Assembly (NCBI GenBank): GCA_965178085.1
Contig: CBCXTS010000026.1
Location: 18,109 to 82,108 of the forward strand
Direction: 5' to 3'
DNA: 64,000 nucleotides
Source: Alphaproteobacteria bacterium
Lineage (GTDB): Bacteria; Pseudomonadota; Alphaproteobacteria; CBCXTS01
Made by a program: the position numbers and the translations under genes. Below, piece after piece: positions 41,556 to 51,172 of the stretch. The notes under the pieces were generated by a model. It made no database searches. It saw nothing but the letters and a program-made list of their open reading frames with translations, and had not been told where the DNA came from. Position 1 is the stretch's first letter. Each line of letters opens with the position of its first letter.

Positions 41556-42113
41556 TTATATTTTTAATATCTCTGCTTCTTTGTTTTGCAATGCAGTGTC
41601 AACTTCATTAATCATATGATCCGTAAGGGTCTGTATTTTTTCGCTTGCGCGGTGGAGATCATCTTGGGTGATACTGCTTTCTTTTTCTGCTTTGCGTAAA
41701 GAATCAATACCATCTCTGCGCGCCCCACGAATAGCAATGCGTGCTTGTTCGGCGACTTTGCTGGCAACTCGTGCAATCTCACGTCGTCGTTCTTCATTTA
41801 GTTCTGGTATAGGTAAACGAATAGAATTGCCTTCGGTTTGAGGGTTGAGGCCTAAAGCACTATCTCGAATAGCTTTTTCTACTGCCTTAACAAGTTCATT
41901 GTCCCATACGGTGACCATTAATAGTCTTGATTCAGGCACAGATACGCTGGCAACTTGAGCAAGCGGCATTAAGCTTTGATATGCCTCTACCATAATTGTA
42001 TCGAGCATATTGGTTGATGCGCGTCCAGTGCGTAATCCTGCAAAATCAGATGCAAGAGATTGCAAAACTTTTTTCATTCGTTTTTCAAGATCATCAATTG
42101 TTTCTACTTCCAT
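41556..42113 (-). CDS. frr: Ribosome recycling factor
   Basis: LRTGRAS, LGLNP, PELNEERR. Confidence 0.97.
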   Translation of the reverse strand: MEVETIDDLEKRMKKVLQSLASDFAGLRTGRASTNMLDTIMVEAYQSLMPLAQVASVSVPESRLLMVTVWDNELVKAVEKAIRDSALGLNPQTEGNSIRLPIPELNEERRREIARVASKVAEQARIAIRGARRDGIDSLRKAEKESSITQDDLHRASEKIQTLTDHMINEVDTALQNKEAEILKI

Positions 42114-42131
42114 AAGACTGCTTCCTCTAGA

Positions 42132-42875
42132 TTATGAATAGACACATTCGCTATCACGACTTATTAAAGTATAATGGCCTCGATAATGTAATACATCAAG
42201 CAACGAGGCTGCATCGCGTAGTGCAAATACCATGATGGGGATATCATTTTTTTCACACAGACCGAAAGCGGTAGAATCAAGAATCTCAAGATTATCATTT
42301 TTTGCTTTAGAAAATGATACTTTTGTATAGCGTTTTGCGTCGGAGTGCTGATTGGGATCTTTATTGTAAACGCCATCAACATTTGTAGCTTTTAAGACGG
42401 CATCACATCGTAATTCACATGCGCGTTGTGCGGCGGTTGTATCGGTTGAAAAATGCGTTTCGCCAAGACCGCCTGCAAAAATAACGATGCGTTTTTTTTC
42501 TAAATGGCGCTTTGCACGCCTACCTATATAAGGCTCACACAGCTTAGGCATTTCAAAGCCTGACATCACGCGTGTTTCGTGGCCAAGTTTTTCAAGCACA
42601 TCTTGCAAAGCAAGTGCATTAAAGACTGTTGCAAGCATGCCCATTCGATCTGCAACATCACGTGTAACCCCTTTGTCTTGAGACATAGTAGCGCCGCGCA
42701 TTAGATTGCCCCCGCCAATAACCAAGCATAAATCAATAGATGTTTTATCAATAACCGTGACGATGTTTTTGGCTAAATTGTTTAACTTGACAGGATCAAG
42801 ATTAGCGTTATCGTCACCATCTCCTTTTAAGCTTTCACCCGACAGCTTTAGTAAGACTCTTGTAAGCGGTTGCAT
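42132..42875 (-). CDS. pyrH: UMP kinase
   Basis: LLKLSGE, GGGN, DRMGMLAT, FSTDT, VDGVY..DP. Confidence 0.97.
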   Translation of the reverse strand: MQPLTRVLLKLSGESLKGDGDDNANLDPVKLNNLAKNIVTVIDKTSIDLCLVIGGGNLMRGATMSQDKGVTRDVADRMGMLATVFNALALQDVLEKLGHETRVMSGFEMPKLCEPYIGRRAKRHLEKKRIVIFAGGLGETHFSTDTTAAQRACELRCDAVLKATNVDGVYNKDPNQHSDAKRYTKVSFSKAKNDNLEILDSTAFGLCEKNDIPIMVFALRDAASLLDVLHYRGHYTLISRDSECVYS

Positions 42876-42895
42876 TATATCCCTTAAAAGACTGT

Positions 42896-43822
42896 CTAGT
42901 TGGCGCTAGCAGCTTGTACTTCTGCTGCAAAGTCGTGCTCATCTTTTTGAACGCCTTCGCCCAGCTCGAAGCGTATAAACCCCGTTAGTTCAACTTCAGT
43001 ACCTAATTTTTTTGCGGCGTCGACTATCACTTTGCTAATCTTATTTTCGCCATCCATTACAAATATTTGTTCGTTTAGTACAACTTCTTCATAAAATTTA
43101 CGCAATCGTCCTTCAACCATTTTTTCAATAATAGCCTCAGGTTTTCCTGAAGCGCGAGCTTGATCTGCCAACACAGATTTTTCACGCTCTAGCGTTGCGT
43201 TATCAACTTCATCGACACAAAGATATTGAGGCCGTGCAGCTGCAATATGCATGGCAATGTTGCGTGCTAAATCTGCAAGAATATTTGTATCACCAGACGA
43301 TTGTAATCCAACTAATACGCCGATTCGACCGGTGGTTGGAGTTTGCTGTGCGTGAATATAATGTCCAATTGTGCCTTGGGAAACTTGCAATTTTGCTGTT
43401 CTGCGCAAATGCATATTTTCTCCAATTTGACCAATCAATTCATTGAGTGTTTCATCGATGCGCTTGTTACTATCTGGTATGATAGAGGCTTTTAATTGCT
43501 CAAGATCACCATCATTTGCCCCAGCAAGTTTTGCAACTTGATCTACAAAGTTACGAAAGATGTCATTGCGTCCAACAAAGTCGGTTTCAGCGTTGACTTC
43601 AACAATATCTGCGCGCAATCCATTAGCATAGATACCAACAAGGCCTTCAGCTGCTGTGCGTTCAGCTTTTTTTTGCGCAGTAGCCATGCCCTTTTTTCGT
43701 AGCCAATCAAGGGCTGCATCAAAATTGCCATCTGATTCTTTTAGCGCGCGTTTGCAATCCATCATGCCAACGCCAGTCTTTTCTCTTAAATCACGCACTA
43801 ATGCTACTGTAACATTTGTCAT
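42896..43822 (-). CDS. tsf: Elongation factor Ts
   Basis: LREKTGVGMMDCKRAL, EVNAETDFV. Confidence 0.98.
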   Translation of the reverse strand: MTNVTVALVRDLREKTGVGMMDCKRALKESDGNFDAALDWLRKKGMATAQKKAERTAAEGLVGIYANGLRADIVEVNAETDFVGRNDIFRNFVDQVAKLAGANDGDLEQLKASIIPDSNKRIDETLNELIGQIGENMHLRRTAKLQVSQGTIGHYIHAQQTPTTGRIGVLVGLQSSGDTNILADLARNIAMHIAAARPQYLCVDEVDNATLEREKSVLADQARASGKPEAIIEKMVEGRLRKFYEEVVLNEQIFVMDGENKISKVIVDAAKKLGTEVELTGFIRFELGEGVQKDEHDFAAEVQAASAN

Positions 43823-43899
43823 TAGAATGCTCCTAATAGTTTTTCAATATTAATCCATAATATTGTTTTATGGTTTGATATGATTATTTGATCTTTTGT

Positions 43900-44802
43900 C
43901 TATTGTTTGTCAGTTTGTTCAATATTAGCAGCAACTCCATCGGCTGTTGGTAAGGCGTCATTTTGGATAGCCTCTACAACAGGTTCTTCTTCAACAGATA
44001 CGGTTTCCTCAGCAACAATATCTTCTTTAGCAGGAGTAACTGGTTTGTTTGTTTTTGAGTTGCTTGATGTTTTAGATTTTGTTTGTTTGGAGACATCGAC
44101 ACCAGATTCAATTAATGAGCGTTCAATGCCAGCTAGAACAGCAGCAGAAAATTTGTTTGCATAAAGCTGTATAGCTCGCAATGCGTCGTCATTGCCAGGT
44201 ACTGGATAATCGATGCCTTCAGGAGTTGCATTGCTATCTATAATGCCAACTACTGGAATGCCAAGCTTATTAGCTTCTTGAATAGCAATTGACTCTTTGA
44301 CGGTATCAATAACAATTAAAAGACTTGGCAAATCTGCCATGTAGCGAATTCCGCCCAAAGTCAGGTTCAATTTGTTACGACGACGCTCTAATTCTAATAT
44401 TTCTTTTTTTGTTAAACCAGAATCTTTTGCTTCATATTGTGCATCTAATTCATTTAACTTTGTGATGGAATTGGTAATAGTATTCCAGTTGGTCATCATA
44501 CCGCCAAGCCAGCGATGATTTACGTAATATTGTCCTGCAGCAACTGCTGCATCACAAATAGGTTGTTGGGCTTGGCGCTTTGTACCAACAAACAAGATGC
44601 GTCCGCCTCGACTTGCCGTTTCATAAACGACTTCAAGTGCTTGGCGCATCAGCGGTAATGTAATGGAAAGATCAATGATGTGAACCCCGTTATGTGACCC
44701 GAAGATATAACTTTTCATCTTAGGATTCCAACGTCGGGTGATGTGGCCAAAATGAATTCCGGCGTCTAGTAGTTCACGCATATTTACGCTAGGTAATTGC
44801 AT
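43900..44802 (-). CDS. rpsB: 30S ribosomal protein S2
   Basis: AGIHFGH..RWNPKM, RWLGG.MTNW, PGNDDA; low-complexity C-terminal tail. Confidence 0.98.
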   Translation of the reverse strand: MQLPSVNMRELLDAGIHFGHITRRWNPKMKSYIFGSHNGVHIIDLSITLPLMRQALEVVYETASRGGRILFVGTKRQAQQPICDAAVAAGQYYVNHRWLGGMMTNWNTITNSITKLNELDAQYEAKDSGLTKKEILELERRRNKLNLTLGGIRYMADLPSLLIVIDTVKESIAIQEANKLGIPVVGIIDSNATPEGIDYPVPGNDDALRAIQLYANKFSAAVLAGIERSLIESGVDVSKQTKSKTSSNSKTNKPVTPAKEDIVAEETVSVEEEPVVEAIQNDALPTADGVAANIEQTDKQ

Positions 44803-44809
44803 GGCAATA

Positions 44810-44935
44810 TTCCTTTCTGTTTCGGTTGATTGCTGTAAGAAATGATACTTCAGGAATAGTTCTGAACACCGAAACCAATCATAGCAAACTAAAATATCGA
44901 AATATTAGAGTTTGGCTATTGTTGTTCTTACAGGT
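44810..44935 (-). promoter_or_regulatory. Structured rpsB leader (putative S2 autoregulatory element)
   Basis: 9-bp stem 44833-44841/44925-44933, internal hairpin 44881-44919, and crossing 8-bp pairing 44819-44826/44868-44875 next to the SD. Confidence 0.7.
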
Positions 44936-45357
44936 TACAATTGTAATGTATGTTTTATATTGTACATAATCGGTATCTCTTAAATTGATACTTACATCAC
45001 TCAAATACAAAATACCTAATTAAAGCAAATATTGCATGCTAACGATCGTAGGATGTATTTGATGAAAGAGACATTTAGAAAATGCATCAACAAAACACAG
45101 GTTTTAGTTTTGTTATCTATAACCCAGCATATACCTTAGGAGCAAGCATGAAATGTGGAATGATCAAATTAATTAAAAATATTTGTAAAAATGGGTACCT
45201 TAAATGATGGAAATGGCTTAAGTTTAAATTATTTATATGGTTGTATTGATCGATAAAGCAAAGCTTTGTATATGTCCTTTTTAGGTAGAATAAAGCACTA
45301 TAATATGGTGAAGGCTTAAGATAGTTTTAATGATAGCGGTTAAGAGAATTTTGATTG

Positions 45358-46341
45358 ATGGTTGAATATCAAAAAAATAACAATCAATTGTCTACAAAAG
45401 CAACAATAGCGGTGTTGCCAGTTGCAGGGCGTGGCACTCGTATGCTTCCAGCTAGTAAAGCGATTGCAAAAGAATTGATGCCAGTTGGTAATTTGCCACT
45501 GATTGCACATGCCATTATTGAAGCTCGTGCTGCTGGAATAGAAGAGTTTATTATTATTACGAGTCCAAGAAAACCAGACTTTCAAAAAGCGTTGAAGCCT
45601 GATCACGAATATATGCAATTATTGCGTAAAGAAAATAGAGCAGATATAGCCGATTTGCTAGAAAAATTTGCAATAGATGATTCAAAACTAACATGGATTA
45701 TACAAGATGAGGCACAAGGGTTTGGCCATGCGGTTTCATTAGCACGCGATGCAGTTGCCAATCGTCCATTTATTGTGATGTCACCCGATGATTTTATTGT
45801 CTCAGATTCATCTAATGTAGGCAGTTGGCTTAAACAGATGATAGCAATGCAAGAACGCCTTGGTGGTTGCGTTGTTATGGTTGAAAAGGTTAACAGAGCA
45901 AGTATATCAAAATACGGCGTGATCAAACCTGCTCAACCCATTAAAGCTGGAGGTAAAGATAGGCAACAGGCTCAAGACTATTTGCTTGAAGAAGCAATAT
46001 TATTGGATGATATTATTGAAAAACCATCTCAAGAAGACGCTCCTTCTAATTATGGAGTGATAGCGCGTTATGTTTTAGATGCTTCTATTTTTGATGCGTT
46101 GGAGCATACAACTCAAGACAAAAATGGTGAAATTCAATTGACGGATGCATTGCGCAATTTTATACCAATGCAAAAGCTGCATGCATTTATGTTATTAAAT
46201 AAACGTTATGATTGTGGCATAATTGAAGGATGGATTAGGGCCAATATGGCTATTGCAAGTAAAAATGATCCATCGATTATAGATTCACTTGCAAACGAGT
46301 TGCAAGCCATTAAAAAAAAATTAAATAATCATTTAAAATAA
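45358..46341 (+). CDS. galU: UTP--glucose-1-phosphate uridylyltransferase
   Basis: PVAGRGTRMLPASKAIAKELMP, GFGHAV, IEKP, GEIQLTDAL, YDCG. Confidence 0.94.
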   Translation: MVEYQKNNNQLSTKATIAVLPVAGRGTRMLPASKAIAKELMPVGNLPLIAHAIIEARAAGIEEFIIITSPRKPDFQKALKPDHEYMQLLRKENRADIADLLEKFAIDDSKLTWIIQDEAQGFGHAVSLARDAVANRPFIVMSPDDFIVSDSSNVGSWLKQMIAMQERLGGCVVMVEKVNRASISKYGVIKPAQPIKAGGKDRQQAQDYLLEEAILLDDIIEKPSQEDAPSNYGVIARYVLDASIFDALEHTTQDKNGEIQLTDALRNFIPMQKLHAFMLLNKRYDCGIIEGWIRANMAIASKNDPSIIDSLANELQAIKKKLNNHLK

Positions 46342-46355
46342 AGCAGGATGTTTGC

Positions 46356-47666
46356 ATGAAAATAGCTGTTATAGGAACAGGATATGTAGGTTTAGTAACA
46401 GGTGCATGCCTTGCAGAACTAGGCCATCATGTTGTTTGTTTGGATAAAGATCAATCCAAAATAGACAATATTTTATTAAGGCAAGAACTTCCTATTTATG
46501 AGCCAGGTTTAAGCGAAATTGTTGTTAGAATGCTTGCTGGTGGGAGGTTATATTTTGCTACAGATATTGATGACCATATCACTGATGTGCAGGCTGTTAT
46601 TATTTCGGTTGGTACACCTCCTAATGCAGATGGAAGCGCTGATCTATCACAAGTTAAAGACGTTGTTCAACATATTGCTCCTAAGATATCACAAGACGCT
46701 ATCATTATTAATAAATCTACTGTGCCAGTAGGCACCGCAGCAAAGACAGCTCAATGGGCAAAGGAAAGTCTAGATCGATTGCACCAAGATAAATCTATTA
46801 AAGTTGTCTCAAATCCAGAGTTTTTACGAGAAGGTGCTGCCGTTGAAGATTTTCTTAATCCAGATCGCATTATTTTAGGTAGTAATGATCGCGATGCTTT
46901 GGTTGTTGCGCGCGCTATTTATAGTTCTTTTGCTGCGCGCAATGTAGCCATCATTGAGACAAGTGCACAAACAGCAGAGTTAATTAAATATGCAACCAAT
47001 GCCTATCTTGCAACGCGGGTATCTTTTATCAATGAGATAAGTGATCTATGCGAAAAAGTTGATGCTGATATTCGTGTATTAGGGCCTGCGATGGGGCTCG
47101 ATGGGCGCATTGGAGCACAGTTTTTAAGGCCAGGTCCTGGTTATGGGGGGTCGTGTTTTCCTAAAGATACGCGCGCATTGTTGCACATAGCTAATGAAGT
47201 TGGGCAATCTCTGGAAGTAGTCAAAGCAGGCATTTGCGTCAATGATAGACGTAAGCAAGCATTGTTTCATCTGTTGGAAGAAAGATGGGGTAAGATGGAT
47301 GGGCTAACCATTACGCTCTTGGGTTTGACATTTAAATCTGATACAGACGATGTTCGTGAATCTGCCAGCATTGATTTAATGGGTCAATTGCAAAATACGA
47401 ACGCCCACATCAAAGCTTTTGATCCCAAAGGAAGTGACAATTTTGCACAATTATTTCCTAAGGTCCAATATTGCAAGACGATGTTGGAGGCAATAGAGCA
47501 ATCAGACGGCGTTGTGATTGTAACCGAATGGGCTGAATTTGCAACATTACAACCACGAGATATTATCACCCGTATGCGTCAAGCGCGTATTATTGATTTT
47601 AGAAACTTGCTTGATGGCAAGATATTTGCCAATAGCGATATTGATTATCAAGGTATCGGTTATTGA
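46356..47666 (+). CDS. ugd: UDP-glucose 6-dehydrogenase
   Basis: IGTGYVGL, KSTVPVG, SNPEFLREG, GYGGSCFPKD, TDDVRES. Confidence 0.95.
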   Translation: MKIAVIGTGYVGLVTGACLAELGHHVVCLDKDQSKIDNILLRQELPIYEPGLSEIVVRMLAGGRLYFATDIDDHITDVQAVIISVGTPPNADGSADLSQVKDVVQHIAPKISQDAIIINKSTVPVGTAAKTAQWAKESLDRLHQDKSIKVVSNPEFLREGAAVEDFLNPDRIILGSNDRDALVVARAIYSSFAARNVAIIETSAQTAELIKYATNAYLATRVSFINEISDLCEKVDADIRVLGPAMGLDGRIGAQFLRPGPGYGGSCFPKDTRALLHIANEVGQSLEVVKAGICVNDRRKQALFHLLEERWGKMDGLTITLLGLTFKSDTDDVRESASIDLMGQLQNTNAHIKAFDPKGSDNFAQLFPKVQYCKTMLEAIEQSDGVVIVTEWAEFATLQPRDIITRMRQARIIDFRNLLDGKIFANSDIDYQGIGY

Positions 47667-47706
47667 AAAGGATCAATCAACAACCATGATTGAGGCAAAT
47701 GGTGCT

Positions 47707-48675
47707 TTAGTTTTTTTTGATAAAATAGGTATCTGAGCGGGCATGGTATAAAATCTTTTCTACGATGGCTGGATCTAAGCCCACCTTGTCCATAGCTGGT
47801 AAAGCTGCTTGTAACTCTTGAATAGTGCATGGACCTATTAAAATAGATTTGATGGCTTTAAAAGATAAGCAAAATCGAATAGCTGCAAGCGGCCATGATA
47901 TTGCGTGATCTGGGCTTGCAAGCGCCATTGCCTTTTGCGCGCCTGTAATCCATGCTGCAGTTTGCTCTTTTGAAAAATAATGCCGGATATCATTGGCTTG
48001 AAAAATAGTTTGAGGGCTTATGGGTTTGGCTAGAAAACCAAGGGCAAAAACTGTGCGCACGACAAGGTCAATTTTATATTGTTGGCACATTTCAAAAATG
48101 CCTTGCTCATAAGCACGAATATCAAGCATATTAAAATTAACCACAGCAATATCCCAATCAACAAGGTCACACCATAATCGTAAATCTATTGGTGCTTTGG
48201 TTGATACACCAATAGCGCGCACTTGGTGTGTACGGCGCAAATCATCCATAGTTTTTGCGATATCTTTTCTATTGCGATAGGTAATTTCTCCTTCTAAATG
48301 CAATACTAATATATCAACATAGCCAAGGCGATCGATGGATTGTTCAAGACCTTCAATGATTGTTTTTTTGCTATAATTTGTAGGTTCTTTAAAGTTAGGC
48401 CAACCAGCTTTTGTCATGATTAGGGGGGTTGCATTTTTTAAGGCTATGGCATTGCCAAGTCTTATTTCACTTTGTCCATTTGCATAAGCTGGGGCGCTAT
48501 CAAATAATGAGATACCTCCTTCAAGGGCTGTATGGATAACCTTAGTTGCTTGTTGAGCAGTAATGTTTGCATAAGCTGGGGATGCGTTGTTGCTTCCGCC
48601 TAAACCCCAGCATCCAAGAGATAACGCAGATAAATCTTGTCCATAAATTGTGTCTGTAACGCGCTTTGATTGCAT
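47707..48675 (-). CDS. Aldo/keto reductase
   Basis: LGCWGLGG and the D-Y-K-H tetrad (FDSAPAY, MTK, LH); TGATG overlap with the upstream gene. Confidence 0.88.
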   Translation of the reverse strand: MQSKRVTDTIYGQDLSALSLGCWGLGGSNNASPAYANITAQQATKVIHTALEGGISLFDSAPAYANGQSEIRLGNAIALKNATPLIMTKAGWPNFKEPTNYSKKTIIEGLEQSIDRLGYVDILVLHLEGEITYRNRKDIAKTMDDLRRTHQVRAIGVSTKAPIDLRLWCDLVDWDIAVVNFNMLDIRAYEQGIFEMCQQYKIDLVVRTVFALGFLAKPISPQTIFQANDIRHYFSKEQTAAWITGAQKAMALASPDHAISWPLAAIRFCLSFKAIKSILIGPCTIQELQAALPAMDKVGLDPAIVEKILYHARSDTYFIKKN

Positions 48676-49673
48676 CAGTAATTTTTGGATTGGGTGGAAT
48701 GATCAAGCCTTAGATATCGTTGCAAGATAATGTCTGCGATATGGGCTGTTTCATTCAAAATTGTTTTAGGTTTTTTGGCAATATCTATCTCGTCATTGAA
48801 GGCATATGCAATATGTTCGTTGATTAAATGATGATGAAATTTCTGTAATTTAGAATGTGCTTTTTTAAGCGGAGGTATTGCAATCCATACAGGTTTACCA
48901 CTTGCACAGCACTCACTGATCATATTAACAGAATCGCCTGTAATCACTAACTGATCACAATGAGCTAAAATATCAAGATAAGGATTGTCCTTGCCCTCCC
49001 ACCAAAGAAAATGATCTGCGCATTGTTGTTTGATCATTTCTAACCAGCGAGGATCTGTTCGAGGCGATGCAGTAATTAACAATGTAGCTTGTAGGTTTTT
49101 TGCAGTACGTAACAATGCTTCTATCAAATCGAATAACCATTGGCCAGTAATATTGAAATGTCTATTTTTTCCACCTATAAGCACCCCAATATAGGGCTTA
49201 GGATATTGTTGAAAAGCAAAGTTTGTTTGAGCGAGCATGTGTGTTGTTAATAGCTTAGGGGTGATGCTAGTTGGTGCTCCGATCATGCTCAAAACATTAT
49301 CGCCTAGAAGCTCATCATGGCTAGGAACTACGACATAGTCAAAGCGCTCGCATGCAACATTAGAGCGCATTAATTGAACAGATAATGGCTTGCTATTGGC
49401 TCCATTGTTGCCCAATGCAGCAACCAATGATGCTGTTTTGCGCCCACATCCAATGATCATATCGGGTTTCAAGTTGTGTTTTTTTAATAAATTGCGCGCT
49501 TTATAAGGTGCTGTTATCGGGTTGGCAGTTGCACAAATTGGTTGGATGTTAGCTGTTGTGCCTTCGAGACATTGTGCAGTGAATGCATTTGAAATGGCCC
49601 CGCTCATGGCTTCAACTTGGGCTTGGTTTCCACGCCGGCCATCGTCAATAGTCCAAATGGTAAACGAGTCCAA
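48675..49673 (-). CDS. ELM1-family protein (putative glycosyltransferase)
   Basis: DGRRG..Q, IIGCGR, VVP.HD, LIGG, TASPRT, NPY..IL, VITGDSVNMISE....GKPV. Confidence 0.88.
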   Translation of the reverse strand: MDSFTIWTIDDGRRGNQAQVEAMSGAISNAFTAQCLEGTTANIQPICATANPITAPYKARNLLKKHNLKPDMIIGCGRKTASLVAALGNNGANSKPLSVQLMRSNVACERFDYVVVPSHDELLGDNVLSMIGAPTSITPKLLTTHMLAQTNFAFQQYPKPYIGVLIGGKNRHFNITGQWLFDLIEALLRTAKNLQATLLITASPRTDPRWLEMIKQQCADHFLWWEGKDNPYLDILAHCDQLVITGDSVNMISECCASGKPVWIAIPPLKKAHSKLQKFHHHLINEHIAYAFNDEIDIAKKPKTILNETAHIADIILQRYLRLDHSTQSKNY

Positions 49674-49684
49674 GTTAATTTCCT

Positions 49685-51133
49685 TTAAGGTAATTTTAAA
49701 AGCAAACGGACTATTTTTTTTGTTTTTTGTGAAAATAGCTTTGGTGTATAATAGCTACCAGCTACACGCTTAGAAATTTCGCTTAATGTAGGATAAGGAA
49801 AAATACTGCTTGCAACCGAAGCAACTTTGCCAGCGTTGGCAACAACATCAAACCACGGACCAAGAAGCTCTCCAGCGTGGTTGCCTACAATAGTCACACC
49901 TAATACTTGTCCGTTTTTACGACAAATAACTTTGATAAAGCCATGCGTGTCGTTTTCTGCAATGGCGCGGTCATTATCGCCAAAAGGAGTTTGCAATGAT
50001 GTGATATTGCTTTTGCCGAATATGGCAATGGCGTTGGCTTCATTCATGCCAACATGGGCAAGCTCTGGATCGGTATATGTAACCCAAGGTAATGATTTTA
50101 GCGAGACCTTTGCTGGAATACGAAACAATAGATTACGTATAAGGATGCCAGCGTGATAAGAGCTTAAATGAGTAAATTGAGGAGGGCCAGTTACGTCGCC
50201 TGCAGCAAAAATGCAACGATTGCTAGTGCGCAGGCGATTATCTGTTTTAATAGCGTTGTTTTCAATACAAACATTGGCGTGGTCTAACCCGAGTCCATCA
50301 ATAGATGCTGCGCGTCCAGTTGCAATTAAAAGATGACTTGCTGATATTGTTTGCTTGGCATTTTGGCGGCTTTGTAGATCAAGCTTGATATTGTCGCCTT
50401 CTTTGTGGATTTGTAATACATCACGATGGGTTAAAATGGTAACGCCGTCTTTTTCAAGGCTTGCTTGGACTACTGCGCTAGCTTCACGGTCATCATTGTT
50501 AAGGATTTCTGCGTTAGAAATTAAGGTAACTTTGGCTGTCAGTCGTGCAAAAGCTTGTGCCATTTCACAACCAATGGGTCCTGCGCCAATGATGACAATA
50601 TGCTTTGGCAAAACATCAAGTTTAAAGATAGTTTCATTGGTTAAATAATCAACTTGATCAAGGCCAGGAATTGGTGGAACTTTTGGATATGAGCCAGTAG
50701 CAATAATAAAATATTTTGCTTTGATGCGATACGATTTTGTTGCAACGGTTTTAGGGTCGATGAAAGCGCCTGCTTCTTGGATCACTTGCACGCCCATCCT
50801 TTCAAAGCGCTCTACACTATCGTTTGGAGCAATGGTTGCAATTGCATTGTCAACGTGTTTGCGAACGCCTTCCCACATAATGACAGGATCGCTTGTTTGA
50901 ATGCCAAACGCTTTAGCATGCTTAATGTCATGTACTCTTCTAGCAGCAGCTAATAAAGCTTTTGATGGGACACATCCTGTATTGAGACAATCACCACCCA
51001 TCAGGTTTTTTTCAAGCAAAATAACACGAGCACCCATATTGACAGCGCCTGCTGCAATAGAAAGGCCAGCAGAGCCTGCGCCAATAACGCATAAATCGGT
51101 TGTTAGTGAGGTGGTATCGTTAGCTTGTTGCAT
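49685..51133 (-). CDS. Pyridine nucleotide-disulfide oxidoreductase (Lpd/MerA-like)
   Basis: GAGSAG, GGDCLNTGCVPSKAL redox CxxxxC, GAGPIG.E, C-terminal PYPTLSE. Confidence 0.92.
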   Translation of the reverse strand: MQQANDTTSLTTDLCVIGAGSAGLSIAAGAVNMGARVILLEKNLMGGDCLNTGCVPSKALLAAARRVHDIKHAKAFGIQTSDPVIMWEGVRKHVDNAIATIAPNDSVERFERMGVQVIQEAGAFIDPKTVATKSYRIKAKYFIIATGSYPKVPPIPGLDQVDYLTNETIFKLDVLPKHIVIIGAGPIGCEMAQAFARLTAKVTLISNAEILNNDDREASAVVQASLEKDGVTILTHRDVLQIHKEGDNIKLDLQSRQNAKQTISASHLLIATGRAASIDGLGLDHANVCIENNAIKTDNRLRTSNRCIFAAGDVTGPPQFTHLSSYHAGILIRNLLFRIPAKVSLKSLPWVTYTDPELAHVGMNEANAIAIFGKSNITSLQTPFGDNDRAIAENDTHGFIKVICRKNGQVLGVTIVGNHAGELLGPWFDVVANAGKVASVASSIFPYPTLSEISKRVAGSYYTPKLFSQKTKKIVRLLLKLP

Positions 51134-51172
51134 AGTGTTGTGCCAGCTTAAGAGTTTATTGGCGATGACGGA

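Noticed and set aside
44940-45350. ncRNA in the rpsB-galU gap (also 35660-35990 and 41351-41555)
   Set aside because: AT-rich with no convincing stems or known RNA motif; tmRNA was not seen near smpB.
49685-51133. Mercuric reductase MerA or true dihydrolipoamide dehydrogenase
   Set aside because: No C-terminal CC pair or mer genes; YPTLSE replaces the HPTLSE of Lpd, and no dehydrogenase-complex genes are nearby.
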